This document shows, one piece after another, positions 37,601 to 44,952 of a stretch of DNA of 64,000 nucleotides (positions are counted from its first letter, which is position 1; each line of letters begins with the position of its first letter). This stretch comes from a virus: UHGV virus genome UHGV-0212009. The stretch is one strand, 5' to 3'. Below the pieces are notes generated by a model that was given only the letters and a program-made list of their open reading frames with translations, did no database searches and was not told the origin of the DNA. The translations under genes and the position numbers were made by a program.

Positions 37601-40600
37601 GATATGAGGAGTTCTCTAAGTGGGTGGACGGTCTTGACTTTACAGACAGCGAAAAGGCTGAGATAAAGCGTCAGACAACGGATGCCCTTGAGGACAACCG
37701 TGAACCTGCCTGGGAGCTGATGTATCTGAAGGAAAAGGGTATTGACATCAAGGCGTATAGTTCTGACGTGAGCTATGGTTGGGAACCTGTTGCCGAGACT
37801 TATGGGAGTGTGGATGATGTGCTGAAAGCTATGGAGGGTGACGCAGAATTGGACGAGAAGATTCGGAACCTTGTCAAGGTAGAGATTGCTTCTCCATTGT
37901 TGAGCACAATCAGAAACACGATACGTCTTCAGATTTATGAAGAGACAGGCAAAGTGCCAAGTTCTTTCAATCTTGCTGTAACAAAAAGAGTACATGAGAT
38001 ATTTGACAAAGAGTATGCACCGAAGCTCTTTGACGAGAACGGTCAGGTAAAGTCGGAAGATGTCCGTAAGGTCGTTGGGGAAATGCTGGCAAAGTATAAT
38101 GACACTAAGCGTTTCAACTTCCAGAAGGCTAAGGCAAGGGCAAGTACTTATGTGCATAACAATGGAATGTATACAGACTATCTGAGATGGCAGGAAGAGA
38201 AACTTGAAGATTACGGCACAAAGGGCAGGATATTCCGTGGATACAATAGCGACGGTACTCGACGTTATTCTCCAGAGACTCTTGAGAACGTATCAAAGGC
38301 TATGTCGGAAAACGCTGAGGGCGAGACGAATGGCAGTGAGTATACCTCATTCGGTAGTTTCATCGCTAAGTTGGCTCCTCATGTAGACAGTACTGAGGAG
38401 ATGCGTAGCAGGAAGGACAAGTTGTCATCAGCAGACGATGAGAAGAAGGAATTCTACGACAAGTGGGAGGATACCTATTATGCTCTTGCCAAGGAGCTTT
38501 ACGATGATGTCTACTATGGCGAGAAGCGACTTCATGAGATCGTTTTGCAGCAAGACCCAAAGAGATACGCCAAGAAGGAATACGGCATCACGCTGAGTGC
38601 ATCCTTCATGAAGAATCTGGAGGCCCTAAAGAAGGCTATACGTGAAGACTTGAAGAGTCCGTACTTTGAGACCAAGTTTGAGCGTCCTGTGGGTTTGAAC
38701 GAGTTTGCGGCTGCTGTTGTGCCAGATGATTTGGGTGCTGACGTGAGGAAAATGTTGGACGAATCCGGCATTGCCTTGTATGAATATGACCCTGCCAAGG
38801 AGGGTGACCGCAGTAGGGCATTCAATGAGGCTCTTGAGGGTAATGATAAGATTCGCTTCCGTATCGTCGGTGGTAATAGCGGATATGTGGGGTACTCAAT
38901 GAGCAAGAGAGCGGCAGAGGCAAAGGAGGAAGGTCGTTTCCCTAAAACACAGTTCGTAAAGGAATATGGTGTGCCGGCTGCGCATCTTGATGCTCTCGTA
39001 GCTGCTGGCATTATTAGCAATGATGAGTGGCACCATACATCTAAATTTGGCAATAAAACTCCTTTCTATGGCTGGGTAGAGGATAGCTTCCTGCAAGCCT
39101 ATAATGACAATAAGGCCGCTATAGAAGAGATCATCGAACAGTATAATGGGACAGATCCTCTTTCTTTTACGGAAAGGCGGAAACTTACGGAAAAGATTGC
39201 GGCCATTATAGAAAGTTCAGAGAGCGTCGTATCAGCAAGAGAGCCGGCGGAGGCACTAATCGCTCAACGCGAAGCCGAGAAGGCCCACAGGCGCGATGTG
39301 ATGTCTGAAATGGCCAACAGCGATGGAAAAATCAAAAAGTCTGGTAATGAATATTGGTACAATGCAGATAATCAAGTTTCATTACACATGCACGATAATG
39401 GCCGGATTATAGATCTTGAATTCCCAATTGGCACGAAGACGCAATCTCAAAGGGATGAGTTATATAAGGCTGCCCAAGAGGAGTTCCGCGAAGCTTATGA
39501 GCGCGCAGAAAAGATCCTCCAGGATAAGGAGAACGAAAACTTCGAAGAACCAAAGCAGACACCCGATGTGGAATCTTCCGAAAGTCGTTTCAGGGCTGTT
39601 AAGTCATACGACGGATTACAGTCGTTTGGGCAAGACAAGCTGTTTGACATCATGCACAAGACTTTTGCGGATCTCCCGGAAAGCACGCGAGCCAAGATTA
39701 CAAAACTTGCCCCTGCTCATGGGTACAAGTTCCATGAAGCGACGGCTGATTACTTTGCATCCCTGGCGACCAAAAAAGACTTGTCCGAGGAGGAAAAGAT
39801 GGATGTTATGGTGGTACGCGATAACATAAAAGCCGCATTGGATATTGACTGTTTGTCGTGTAGTGAGACTCTTTGGGCTCTTTATAATACGGTTAATAAA
39901 AACTCTAAAGACATTCTTTCAATCGCACGTAGGACTCTTGTGGCGGATAAACTTGGCTTTATGCCGGAGGACAGAAGCAAACGAGATGATGTCAAAGATG
40001 GCGTACGTTTCTCAATCCGAGAGAACTCTCATGATGCATCTGCCGCGGAGATTTACAACAAGGCAACGTCTTATTGGTATAATCGTCTCCGAGAGAGTTA
40101 TGTCGATATGAATGAGTCCGTAAACGACCTTGTGGCCGCTATTGAATCGACTACCAAGCAGCCGGCACAGGCGTTTGAGGATGTTAGGCTTGCCATTAAT
40201 CGTCAGTCTTCCAAGGGTCTTAATCAGATGACAAAGTTCATGTCTGACTATTTGGAGCCAATGTGGGGCGCTGTCGGCAAAGTGATGGAAACTACAGGAA
40301 TGACCTACGATGAAGTCGTGCGTTATGTGATGCTCAAGCATGCGGTAGAGCGTAACGATGTATTTGCTCGTAGAGATGCACGGCGGTTCTATGAGAGGAA
40401 GTGTGATTCCATTATCAGCAAACTGAAGGACGAGAAAAAGCAGAAAGAGAATATGCGGAAGAGAGCAATGGCTAATGCCGAAATATCTATCGCATATGCG
40501 CTTGATCAGGAAATCCAAAACATTGATAAGCGAATTGATTCTGCTTTGAAAGCTCTTGACCGCCAGCTTGTGAAGGTTGATAATGGGACTTCGACCAAGT

Positions 40601-43263
40601 ATAAAGAACTCCGCGAGCAGGATTATGGCGGATTGACTTCTATGTATTCGAAGTATCCTGGGCTTGGTGCGCGTTCTGATTATGCAACTGATGAAGAGTA
40701 TAATAAGGCTGCGAGAAAGATAAGAGTGCCTATGTATGATAATGTATCAGACATGGAGAATGCTGCCAGAAGCGAAGTCAACGCCTTTGAAAAGCGCACT
40801 TCCGGAGATGAGTTTAATGAGCTGTGGCGCAGAATCAATGCCGCTACGAAAAAAACTCTTGAAAGCCAGTACGATAATAACATAATATCGAGGGAGCAAT
40901 ACAAGGCTGCACGAGACCAATTCAAGTATTATGTCCCATTGAGGGGATTCAAGGATACGGAAGCCGAAGATATATGGACATATATGGATGTTAGTCTTTC
41001 TGGTAGTTTTGCCCCTGCTCTCAAGAACGCTAAGGGGCGCAAGAGCGAGGCGGAAAATCCATTCAATTGGATTGGCACAATGGCTTCATCTGCCATTGCT
41101 CAGAACGTCAAGAACGAAGCAAAGCTTGCACTTTATTATTTCATTGCAAATCGCCCTAATCAGGACTTGGTAACGATTGGTAAGGTGTGGTATCAGTATG
41201 ATGCAGCAGCAACGGCAGCGCACGCAGCAGCAAATCCGGGTGACACAAAGAAGATATTCACACCGGTTTACCCTCCTGTCACAACCGGGCTTGACAGTAA
41301 TGCGGCCAAGGACGCATACGATACGTGGGAAGCGGATATGAGAGCCAAAGCTGCTGCTGGAGAAGCTTATCAGAGAACCAATAAACTCAACGTACAGGAT
41401 GATGTGGCGTTTATCAGTGATAAGCAGATACCACAACATGTGATTAAACTCAAAGTACGCGGCGAAGAAGTGAACCTGTACATCAACGGCGATCCAAGGG
41501 CAGCACAAGCTATCAATGGAATGCTGAACGTAGAGACCAACAGCGGATACCAGAAAGTGTTCGGGCCTATTCTTCGTTGGATGTCAGCCGTAAACACCAG
41601 TTACAACCCTGAGTTCTGGATTTCAAACTTGCAGCGAGATTTCTTGTTCGCATTAATGTCTTCCTCGATTACAGGAGAAGGAGCGAACAATCTGCTTAAG
41701 GGATTTGTTAATCCGAAGAAGATTATGCAGATGATGCGTGATTACGAAGCTGGAAAACTTGGCAATAGCAGAGAAGAAAATTATTACCGCGAATTTGCTG
41801 AGGGAGGAGGTATCACCGGCTTTACTGTTATTGTCGGCAATGAAGTCTGGGAGAAGAAAATTCAGGAATACTTAAATCCGTCCGATTTTGCTAAGATTTC
41901 AAAGTCTATCAAGTTCGACAAGTTCCTTAAATTCTTTAACGATCTTGGCGAAGCAGTTGAGCAGATGTCCAGATTTGCAGCATTCATTGGTGCCAGAGAG
42001 ACGGGAAAGAGTATAGAGGAAGCCGTGGCCGCATCAAAGGAGATTACGGTTAATTTCAATAGAAAAGGCTCCGGCAAGGCTGTTGACTGGGCGGATTTGG
42101 ATAAGCTTACTACTGCCGATGGTGCGAAACTTAATAAGGCGCAGAAGCTTGCCGTATTTACCGCTTCATTCATTCCTGCTTATGGAAGACGCTTTATAAT
42201 GTTCTTCAATGCGGCTGTACAGGGAGCAAATGCTATGTATAAGCTATGGAAAAAAGACCATCGCAAGACGCTCGCCTGGGCATCAGGATATTTTGCGATA
42301 GGCGTATTGCAGGCCGTCTTACATGCTCTCGCGGATGACGATGATGATTATCTTGATATTCCGGACTACACCAGACGAAGCAACCTTCTTCTTGGAGGTG
42401 GCGGTATTTATTTCAAGTGGGCATTGCCACAGGAAATGAGACCATTCTATGCGTGGGGGGATATTTTTGTTAATCAAGTTATGGGCAGGGAGCCTAATAA
42501 GAACATGCTGCTTGAGATGGCGAATTCTGCTGCTGACATATTACCGTTGGGGCCGGGAGGCGTCTTGCCGTCCGTTATACAGCCTTCATGGGACCTGTAC
42601 ACGAATAAAGACTTTACCGGAAGTCGGATTTACAATGACAACAAGTACCGCTCCGATGCAGAGCGTGAAGCACGGCCGAACTATAAGGATCCGCGTCCTC
42701 AGACGAATAAACTCTTCATCGATATATCACAGGTTCTTAATGCGCTGAGCGGAGGTGACGAGTATAGTGCCGGAGCTGTGAATGTTCACCCTGAATCGAT
42801 GCAGCACGTCGTTGAATCCCTTGGTGGTGGTTTACTTACAACCATGAATAAGACGGAAGAAACCGTAGCGGGGGCTCTGGGGGCCATTATTGGTGAGGAT
42901 ATGATAGACCAGGACCTTTCTGTGCGGCGGTTCCCGTTCCTTAATCGCGTCCTGATGGTCAATGATGAGCGTACTCGCAATTCTCATGTATCGGATTTGT
43001 ATTATTACTACAAAGATATGTCCGACGTGGTGGAGGATAAGATGCGTAGGATGAAAAAGGAGATGAATTATGATGCTCTTGAAAAACTGCAAAACAGTCC
43101 CGAATACGAGGTTTATCAAATCGTCAAAAGCTATAAGAAGATGATGCAGCGATATGACGATGATTTGAAAGCCGAAGAGGATCGTAATGAGCGCAAGAAT
43201 ATAATGCAAGAACAAGACGAGTTGCGAAAGGAGATGATTAATGAAATATCTCAAACGCGATAA
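25642..43263 (+). CDS. Giant polyvalent protein (5873 aa)
   Basis: By eye: two HExxH zincin motifs (29419, 35425), DdrB/ParB-like (~30370-30850), inorganic pyrophosphatase-like (~31700-32160), PBECR-like (~32190-32545), ART-like YHGS (~34580), MuF-C-like (~36760-37200), LPD38-like C-terminus. Confidence 0.9.
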   Translation: METYNKKYKIVAPDGYVEEWSQADFEKGGAALMSDNPDVKVYSQESYDPTQQYGTNVAYGIEDEDGYFESWTADEWSKGKDALLKDHPNLKIYVLGDASQDYHRQKAEEQRQAITDFDAANKDFIRAHELDSLIMSEGGAVSADYDANDKKYNDLLAEREQLVSNYATNPANRQDWSVSAQYADQIASNYESKLKGMRDATRFSNAATSMYSGNIRENNDYVLYEQARKLAKDAAKAYAAPSYGEHTGFGGYVKDMGTGAGKVFSDVDFWSRGLSAIDRDKNVRKIVNSLSEKGINVLEATEKELYDNLSPAQIALISSFLLDAQAQYERSLDTARGYNAGVTFAESIGYMAEFLATGGIARAVGSAGKAASSGFGKLLANELSKGSEAAIKSKVSRGLINTFTKGGTKSLSKNAKAATNIASKAAGKAYSYGIRPAESAIWHTALQPSTYRTISENLTQINDNGDLVKAGSAIWGGVLDQLIENWSESMGGAVEDILGLPLKGVGAAGEKILGKTTLGQWGKWLADSASAKVLHEAGFNGLIGEMGEEWLGNAARVGLDLMTKDEFKDFASFESQVDMAASFAPMTLFGLGTSSYAAAKQDKNYRKLAKDMRGVLNRAGWSEEDVADVMDVKHTKEEIARTLAPVLQSIVRNSQDGKVAQEDYITTLKFAQAAAIQEVLSSAQTIEQERARKEMQEEIAQNLGAVPQEFKNEDGTTVIYPTDNRGNFSYTQVEQTPSGNYGVNVVTTAKDAKGEYFVIPDDDSDTMLLKNRNDANATPRFISRQEFQEQVDAGLMTTETSTLDNYLDARIEEKREIQRKDAENAQLEDKYQQVAQKMQVGSKINAGTEDAPMEGVVLAVDRGGVTVDFGQPVLLNGRNMQIHKLSLEQAGNFVGIDARIESEQRSVEEQVEQDEINSAKVKAYNQSLAGEQFTVDGHLYTYVRMFEMPQLDEDGIEIAHIVATDEQGRDVEMDIPLEDIKTRETDAAVKNNEQVEEVKDDNVLRDIHGNPIPMRVNEKTQQEEVDKRTFKNKDPEAYYAWNDAQRGGNTEDSMQAITADIASETAQLTALQKQLTVETDPDMRDELHESVNKTQNRINLLEGIYHKYDAENNFQDEQLDFARRIYDVQSKLINAKTQEQVDALIKIKADLFRQYQLATVDSAENVMLAKRAVELQQVINSVADVPVQVVFESNIEAVMRTDGASEASINRVLSKVAELRSARITSGKDLVMTGLYNEGKVYIFAEGNTDASSALLTYYHERQHMRTAEDPEAMNKVLVLARNERDNLIQVLSLLTDNIAPYQGANNQELADEIVASAMEKACTDEKYEQTLRSRGLSEELINIIKTEYAKQRRITDSDAVRQEDWNANVRTSDTGNGQQDGAVEQGASGNGQLGTAQLSTDTGISEEEPQVDTTPRDFRGNPLPLEADGTTVDQKTLWENDPEAWARWNDDINNDAGADSIAYINAVIEKLNKAIKTNEKAYAKATDFDKRDTLKGQIKEEKQRLDELQAILRAYRQKQSEEASAKMQADAVRAREARKAKAEELAKYNTESLQDVKRKWEDAPKDTGDVDSIVLANGERIEGHYVLTEAFAPTPSHDPVAGYSMTKGFPVDENGNTVNDRDYQHDKEAQRLVEQKASSFDQRALQTPVVVSSDGVVLSGNDRTMASQIAARQGTDNNYNTYLASHPQRFGFTADQISNYSNPRVVFVPDAPMPYTAATFAKFNAEEKKTQSKTESAVKAGKTISPEAVEHIAMIVNEHESIAETYSDKNAVAAILRILIDSGVVQESEISRLMDGDSLSGTGEDLVESVILGAVMREDALRCAMGDKMIRRSVMSALTQLLKNNTYGEYSLSGEFSDAVVLLYQAKRSGLVEPGESVANFMNQPVLDGFGENPLAEVTVQMLANTINGTKVNGLKNVLSLYNARAEMAASGQADLFLGSVEAKEQIIREILNEYGYNTETFTAAAAEQRPGQQSEQQSKQGSSEEQAPDAVSGDAGSGAEEINQVRAIEEQRKVVDTEPTEAQKEAGNYRMGHVRIDGLDITIENPRGSIRKGTDADGHEWQTEMHNDYGYIRGTKAVDDDHIDVFLSDNPTRGKVYVIDQVDPKTGEFDESKVMYGFDSEQDAREAYLSNYEDDWQGLGKITEVSKEEFKKWIDSSTRKTKPFSEYKSVKPESLESPKTGAFGTIYTQFKGKPQEAIAFLLEKKEGEAVGALHHKDIGDIDLVWGKEGTAKSDGFGLAKLAKYHPEVLGNLQEILDAMVVVDRTDNRVQLESETHQASVRLTWDSEKKNWLLTAFEKKNSVSDNTTDTVGTAESGKRNDTATPQNTVSDGKFTQSSEAKQENGELSDFATEIFNDTLSGIPEEVRARVTVRESSTGDEVEENFIQSYDLDGKPSGISRVELIDAKIDENPTRFVIDGSDVDAPKPEQERWQRLADEYKQLNPEVIIIDWEESGISFRTFREALDFLSWAESFDKENDAVSSQSSYKKNEPLNKAEDSRFRIVESTDEEILSDSNQKDSEYFAAIERGDMEEAQRIVNEFAQKAGYTTISDYQGTSAFNGAAPYGNPYFLTKEERKDAWDNDEFEGDQTLGDYIERGIDANNLDFVALDPRNYRAANSMRKEAIDNVRNAIQKRSKTITMFRSVPSEIKEGSFRNGDWVTPSRAYAVDNAKIHGWGDNYNIIKQTVSVDEIWWDGNDIAEWGYGREEDYVKDTDFAYKNTKNNRKLLDVITRDDKGNIIPPSRRFDSGNADERYQISGRKAIDKSSEESRIAYEAVKEQLDRIGIPVELLSDQAMREMAINANALETVSSQDEYQQTVVSSASGAKVINNLDNLAKSLENEPKTKEKTFLGALAKALDAKKHGSNSQYATFEAKNGTVVTIRLANHNVATSTFDNHGENDGISIVVSARKNNGIINDGKAHVTEFYYDAIKLRKAEGKPLVDIVKSVKQSLYSGEYKDTTGLAQREEVNAKDVPEFMTVYHGSGAKFDKFDHSHMGEGEGVQAYGWGTYVTEVEGIGRTYAKAMAAKNDGALPKRNLYTVEIPEDINSALSKDEILKGLDSLGKELFSGYGLNDVQINAVFGTTREWYKYGYTATSGFFPLKEAFKTYGIDAETIDKRIHDEAMEDRQKNPAGYGFYLNWAGRIDMWIEKLGISEDEYERYDMATGRDAYRYLESKLGGAKEASDYLSDHGYVGISYPAQYRSGGRSDGARNYVIFNENNAKIVDRIEFLREPDGTVYGATVGGKIYLNRERLNPNTPIHEYTHLWFSALKDANPELYKRGVELMKQLPIWEEVRTDPNYANLSGDDAIASECLSRLVGDKGADVLTKMAKDANVRGDIIGTANRISLIEKFKDWLKKFWTWVRDSFTPWTKEEAARVSVDDIQNMVLSDLAKGVNPLANAREESEMKKTNDKYNDDDFEYLIKRNPGSFDAPENGIRFRIVTEPKLIEQLNLEPTVKVFRAMQIVDGELFPPMSITVNGKKREPSKIGQWEQSEENPELADEDGYFKLNKGKNDNGKNKSLKAKYNPYFHTSLFPLNDQFSEAQTRSNIVIVEGRVPKSELTSGYRAEKAKNSVGKMTWHSGPIAGILGQYEGKEREVILSRWFKPERIVPYDQIADLSVQMFKGTSLEKNPLPSNVFHPDLRNELEKRGVSFVETNNRGQLLDDAEGRTWSSLYGKEAAGKKARVEAKEQDVVDIFYDEEMELANKIFNKELQQQIDGKLPSDHIYRMGQPGRILLSTGVPDLPIQMNASRLKTKATSYGHDFELSEIKDLVKALQTPLAVFAYGDKSKAQNIIVPLQKDGKNFIVGLSLNPTVGGRSLEINSIRNVFPKNNYEWLNWISQGKTLYLNKEKVQTLINQQRTILADVEYLDLNSVANIVKSFENPSGNEKNIKAAGKKVVKTLAGVHNITEEKLRKALKLGGFANPSLAVIDTEKSNHENFGEISLIAPSALVNKESGRTAGTWTTDAYTQRYPSVERQMSDKGYEEFSKWVDGLDFTDSEKAEIKRQTTDALEDNREPAWELMYLKEKGIDIKAYSSDVSYGWEPVAETYGSVDDVLKAMEGDAELDEKIRNLVKVEIASPLLSTIRNTIRLQIYEETGKVPSSFNLAVTKRVHEIFDKEYAPKLFDENGQVKSEDVRKVVGEMLAKYNDTKRFNFQKAKARASTYVHNNGMYTDYLRWQEEKLEDYGTKGRIFRGYNSDGTRRYSPETLENVSKAMSENAEGETNGSEYTSFGSFIAKLAPHVDSTEEMRSRKDKLSSADDEKKEFYDKWEDTYYALAKELYDDVYYGEKRLHEIVLQQDPKRYAKKEYGITLSASFMKNLEALKKAIREDLKSPYFETKFERPVGLNEFAAAVVPDDLGADVRKMLDESGIALYEYDPAKEGDRSRAFNEALEGNDKIRFRIVGGNSGYVGYSMSKRAAEAKEEGRFPKTQFVKEYGVPAAHLDALVAAGIISNDEWHHTSKFGNKTPFYGWVEDSFLQAYNDNKAAIEEIIEQYNGTDPLSFTERRKLTEKIAAIIESSESVVSAREPAEALIAQREAEKAHRRDVMSEMANSDGKIKKSGNEYWYNADNQVSLHMHDNGRIIDLEFPIGTKTQSQRDELYKAAQEEFREAYERAEKILQDKENENFEEPKQTPDVESSESRFRAVKSYDGLQSFGQDKLFDIMHKTFADLPESTRAKITKLAPAHGYKFHEATADYFASLATKKDLSEEEKMDVMVVRDNIKAALDIDCLSCSETLWALYNTVNKNSKDILSIARRTLVADKLGFMPEDRSKRDDVKDGVRFSIRENSHDASAAEIYNKATSYWYNRLRESYVDMNESVNDLVAAIESTTKQPAQAFEDVRLAINRQSSKGLNQMTKFMSDYLEPMWGAVGKVMETTGMTYDEVVRYVMLKHAVERNDVFARRDARRFYERKCDSIISKLKDEKKQKENMRKRAMANAEISIAYALDQEIQNIDKRIDSALKALDRQLVKVDNGTSTKYKELREQDYGGLTSMYSKYPGLGARSDYATDEEYNKAARKIRVPMYDNVSDMENAARSEVNAFEKRTSGDEFNELWRRINAATKKTLESQYDNNIISREQYKAARDQFKYYVPLRGFKDTEAEDIWTYMDVSLSGSFAPALKNAKGRKSEAENPFNWIGTMASSAIAQNVKNEAKLALYYFIANRPNQDLVTIGKVWYQYDAAATAAHAAANPGDTKKIFTPVYPPVTTGLDSNAAKDAYDTWEADMRAKAAAGEAYQRTNKLNVQDDVAFISDKQIPQHVIKLKVRGEEVNLYINGDPRAAQAINGMLNVETNSGYQKVFGPILRWMSAVNTSYNPEFWISNLQRDFLFALMSSSITGEGANNLLKGFVNPKKIMQMMRDYEAGKLGNSREENYYREFAEGGGITGFTVIVGNEVWEKKIQEYLNPSDFAKISKSIKFDKFLKFFNDLGEAVEQMSRFAAFIGARETGKSIEEAVAASKEITVNFNRKGSGKAVDWADLDKLTTADGAKLNKAQKLAVFTASFIPAYGRRFIMFFNAAVQGANAMYKLWKKDHRKTLAWASGYFAIGVLQAVLHALADDDDDYLDIPDYTRRSNLLLGGGGIYFKWALPQEMRPFYAWGDIFVNQVMGREPNKNMLLEMANSAADILPLGPGGVLPSVIQPSWDLYTNKDFTGSRIYNDNKYRSDAEREARPNYKDPRPQTNKLFIDISQVLNALSGGDEYSAGAVNVHPESMQHVVESLGGGLLTTMNKTEETVAGALGAIIGEDMIDQDLSVRRFPFLNRVLMVNDERTRNSHVSDLYYYYKDMSDVVEDKMRRMKKEMNYDALEKLQNSPEYEVYQIVKSYKKMMQRYDDDLKAEEDRNERKNIMQEQDELRKEMINEISQTR
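29687..29857 (+). CDS. Candidate overprinted 56-aa ORF (+1 frame)
   Basis: AT-rich leader AATATAATTAAAACAGAAT-ATG; MQNNEELQTVTLFDRKTGMRMSVQVTPETANKMAQLSKEHPEMDSWALHSLALTQE. Confidence 0.5.
   Translation: MQNNEELQTVTLFDRKTGMRMSVQVTPETANKMAQLSKEHPEMDSWALHSLALTQE
31508..31654 (+). CDS. Candidate overprinted 48-aa ORF (+1 frame)
   Basis: MDTTQKPSQQ...KNKLLMLFQAMQEAEQKK spanning a linker of the giant protein. Confidence 0.4.
   Translation: MDTTQKPSQQPQQSSDQDNNPNSNQSKEVQKNKLLMLFQAMQEAEQKK
32537..32670 (-). ncRNA. Candidate antisense sRNA A with promoter and terminator
   Basis: TTG-N20-TAAATTTG (32670-32640), internal hairpins, ACAGTGTCT/AGACACTGT stem and U-run. Confidence 0.65.
34047..34128 (-). 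ncRNA. Candidate antisense sRNA B
   Basis: TACCTTTG (34128-34121), 13-bp closing stem 34055-67/34102-14; weak -33 and weak U tail. Confidence 0.5.
37198..37306 (-). ncRNA. Candidate antisense sRNA C with promoter and terminator
   Basis: TTG-N19-TATATTCG, AGTTCAAA/TTTGAACT closing stem, inner CAGCGA/TCGCTG, U-run. Confidence 0.6.
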
Positions 43264-43275
43264 CTGACCAAAAAT

Positions 43276-43305
43276 TTCCCGGCTTGTAGTCGGGGAGTTT
43301 TTTTT
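43276..43305 (+). terminator. Intrinsic terminator
   Basis: TCCCGGC/GTCGGGG stem plus T8. Confidence 0.85.
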
Positions 43306-43401
43306 ATACGTACGGACAATCCGCATTGTCTGTAAATTCTCAGTACGCCTTTCCCGATATTCGCAAGTCTGAGTTGCGGAAGTGAATCTTAATGTTATAA
43401 T

Positions 43402-43443
43402 GTAAAAATAGACCGCTCGCTGCAAATGTCTCTTTTACTTTTG
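43402..43443 (+). promoter_or_regulatory. Putative late promoter copy 4
   Basis: GTAAAAATAGACCG-N20-TACTTTTG, 5 nt before ATG. Confidence 0.8.
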
Positions 43444-43448
43444 TTTCC

Positions 43449-43910
43449 ATGGAGATAAAGGTTAAAAGAGCTTGGAAGGAAGCGACATACACAGTCGGTA
43501 AGTTCTTTATCGACAACATTCGTTTTGGCGATAGTATGGAAGATGCTGACAGGAACCTGTCGGCCGATATGCCGTTATCTGAAATCAAGTCTTGTAAAGT
43601 ATATGGGGAGACAGCTATTCCTAAAGGACGGTATGAAGTTAAAATGACGTTCAGTGCGAAGTTTGCTAAACGTTCCTGGGCGGTACCCGAAAAGGGAATG
43701 GTCCCAGAAATATGTAACGTACCAGGCTTTAGTGGTGTCCGCATACATCCTCTTAACTGCGCTGCTGATTCTCTTGGGTGTATTGGTGTTGGACGCAATG
43801 ACCGCAAGGGCTGGATCTCCCAATCTCAGGCTTATTACAGACAATTAGTTGAAAACCATATTCTTCCTGCTATCAAGCAAGGAGAAAAGATTTATATAAC
43901 GATTGAATGA
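43449..43910 (+). CDS. DUF5675-like putative endolysin
   Basis: KVYGETAIPKGRY, VPGFSGVRIH..N...DSLGCI.VG; heads lysis cassette. Confidence 0.75.
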   Translation: MEIKVKRAWKEATYTVGKFFIDNIRFGDSMEDADRNLSADMPLSEIKSCKVYGETAIPKGRYEVKMTFSAKFAKRSWAVPEKGMVPEICNVPGFSGVRIHPLNCAADSLGCIGVGRNDRKGWISQSQAYYRQLVENHILPAIKQGEKIYITIE

Positions 43911-44311
43911 TGGAAGCTTCTGAAATAGTCAAACTTGTAACAGGTCTCTTCACGACTGGCGGATTGTTCTATTTGTTGGTGGATAAATTCTTTGGGCTCG
44001 GAGAAAGTCGAGCTAATATCAAACGCCAAGAGGTAGAGAATAAAAAAGAGACGATTGAATACGGCATTAGTATGGTGTCTATCTATAACGAGATAGATAA
44101 GATTGTCGAAAGCAAGACAATGCCAATCCAGATGAAGTTGGATGAGGCTCTTGACCGGATTGACCAATTGGAATCCAAATACTGCTGTTATAGGGAAGAC
44201 TGTCCAGATAGAATCTTACGGAGCGCTGATTGCGAGCGAATGGAGATTCTGGGCAAAATGGTTAATAGAAAGCTGATTTGCGGACATAAAGATAAGGAAG
44301 ACAATGGGTAA
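43907..44311 (+). CDS. Holin/antiholin-like protein (1 TM plus coiled coil)
   Basis: N-terminal TM; lysis context. Confidence 0.55.
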   Translation: MMEASEIVKLVTGLFTTGGLFYLLVDKFFGLGESRANIKRQEVENKKETIEYGISMVSIYNEIDKIVESKTMPIQMKLDEALDRIDQLESKYCCYREDCPDRILRSADCERMEILGKMVNRKLICGHKDKEDNG

Positions 44312-44693
44312 ACTAAAGCAGCTCTTTGAGTCCTCTTACGGCAATAATATAGTGGTAAAGGGCATAAAGTACATACCGATATTGAGCACAATACTGCTGA
44401 CCGTACATGTCGGCTTTTTACTGCTTGGAATAGAAGAAATATACACCGAATGGCTATCTGTTCTTTTGCTCGTTTTGCTCATGGTGCTTCTGTCCGTACG
44501 ATTCAACTTCTGTGTGCTTCATAAGTTACTGATTCTCTACATGACAATAATGACATGTTGTGTATGTGTTCAACGTTTGGATGGATTTGGAGATGCATTG
44601 AATTCGTTTCGGATAGTTCTTTTTGCCATAGGGGCGGCTCTGTCCGGAATCGCAATATATAAAATCAACGAAGATGGGTGTGGTGAACAATGA
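44304..44693 (+). CDS. Four-TM membrane protein, possible holin
   Basis: Hydrophobic segments; lysis context. Confidence 0.55.
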   Translation: MGKLKQLFESSYGNNIVVKGIKYIPILSTILLTVHVGFLLLGIEEIYTEWLSVLLLVLLMVLLSVRFNFCVLHKLLILYMTIMTCCVCVQRLDGFGDALNSFRIVLFAIGAALSGIAIYKINEDGCGEQ

Positions 44694-44952
44694 CATATTA
44701 GGAAATGATCTTATAGTGATTGGGAAACGGATAAAGGCAGGCAAATGCGAATTAACGCAAGAGCAGGCAGATGAGATATTTTCTAATGTCCAGAAAGCCA
44801 TGTTTATCCCGATAAGCAAAGAAAGTGCATGTTCCCTCCTAGGTATCAGCAGGAGTACGTTTGATGCCAAGGTCGCTGCCGGATTGCTGCCAGAAGGTAT
44901 TCACAGACGAGGATTTAAGGAAAAGATATGGAACAAAAACGACCTTATATAA
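44674..44952 (+). CDS. Small HTH protein
   Basis: SKESACSLLGISRSTFDAKVAAGLLPEG. Confidence 0.7.
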   Translation: MGVVNNDILGNDLIVIGKRIKAGKCELTQEQADEIFSNVQKAMFIPISKESACSLLGISRSTFDAKVAAGLLPEGIHRRGFKEKIWNKNDLI

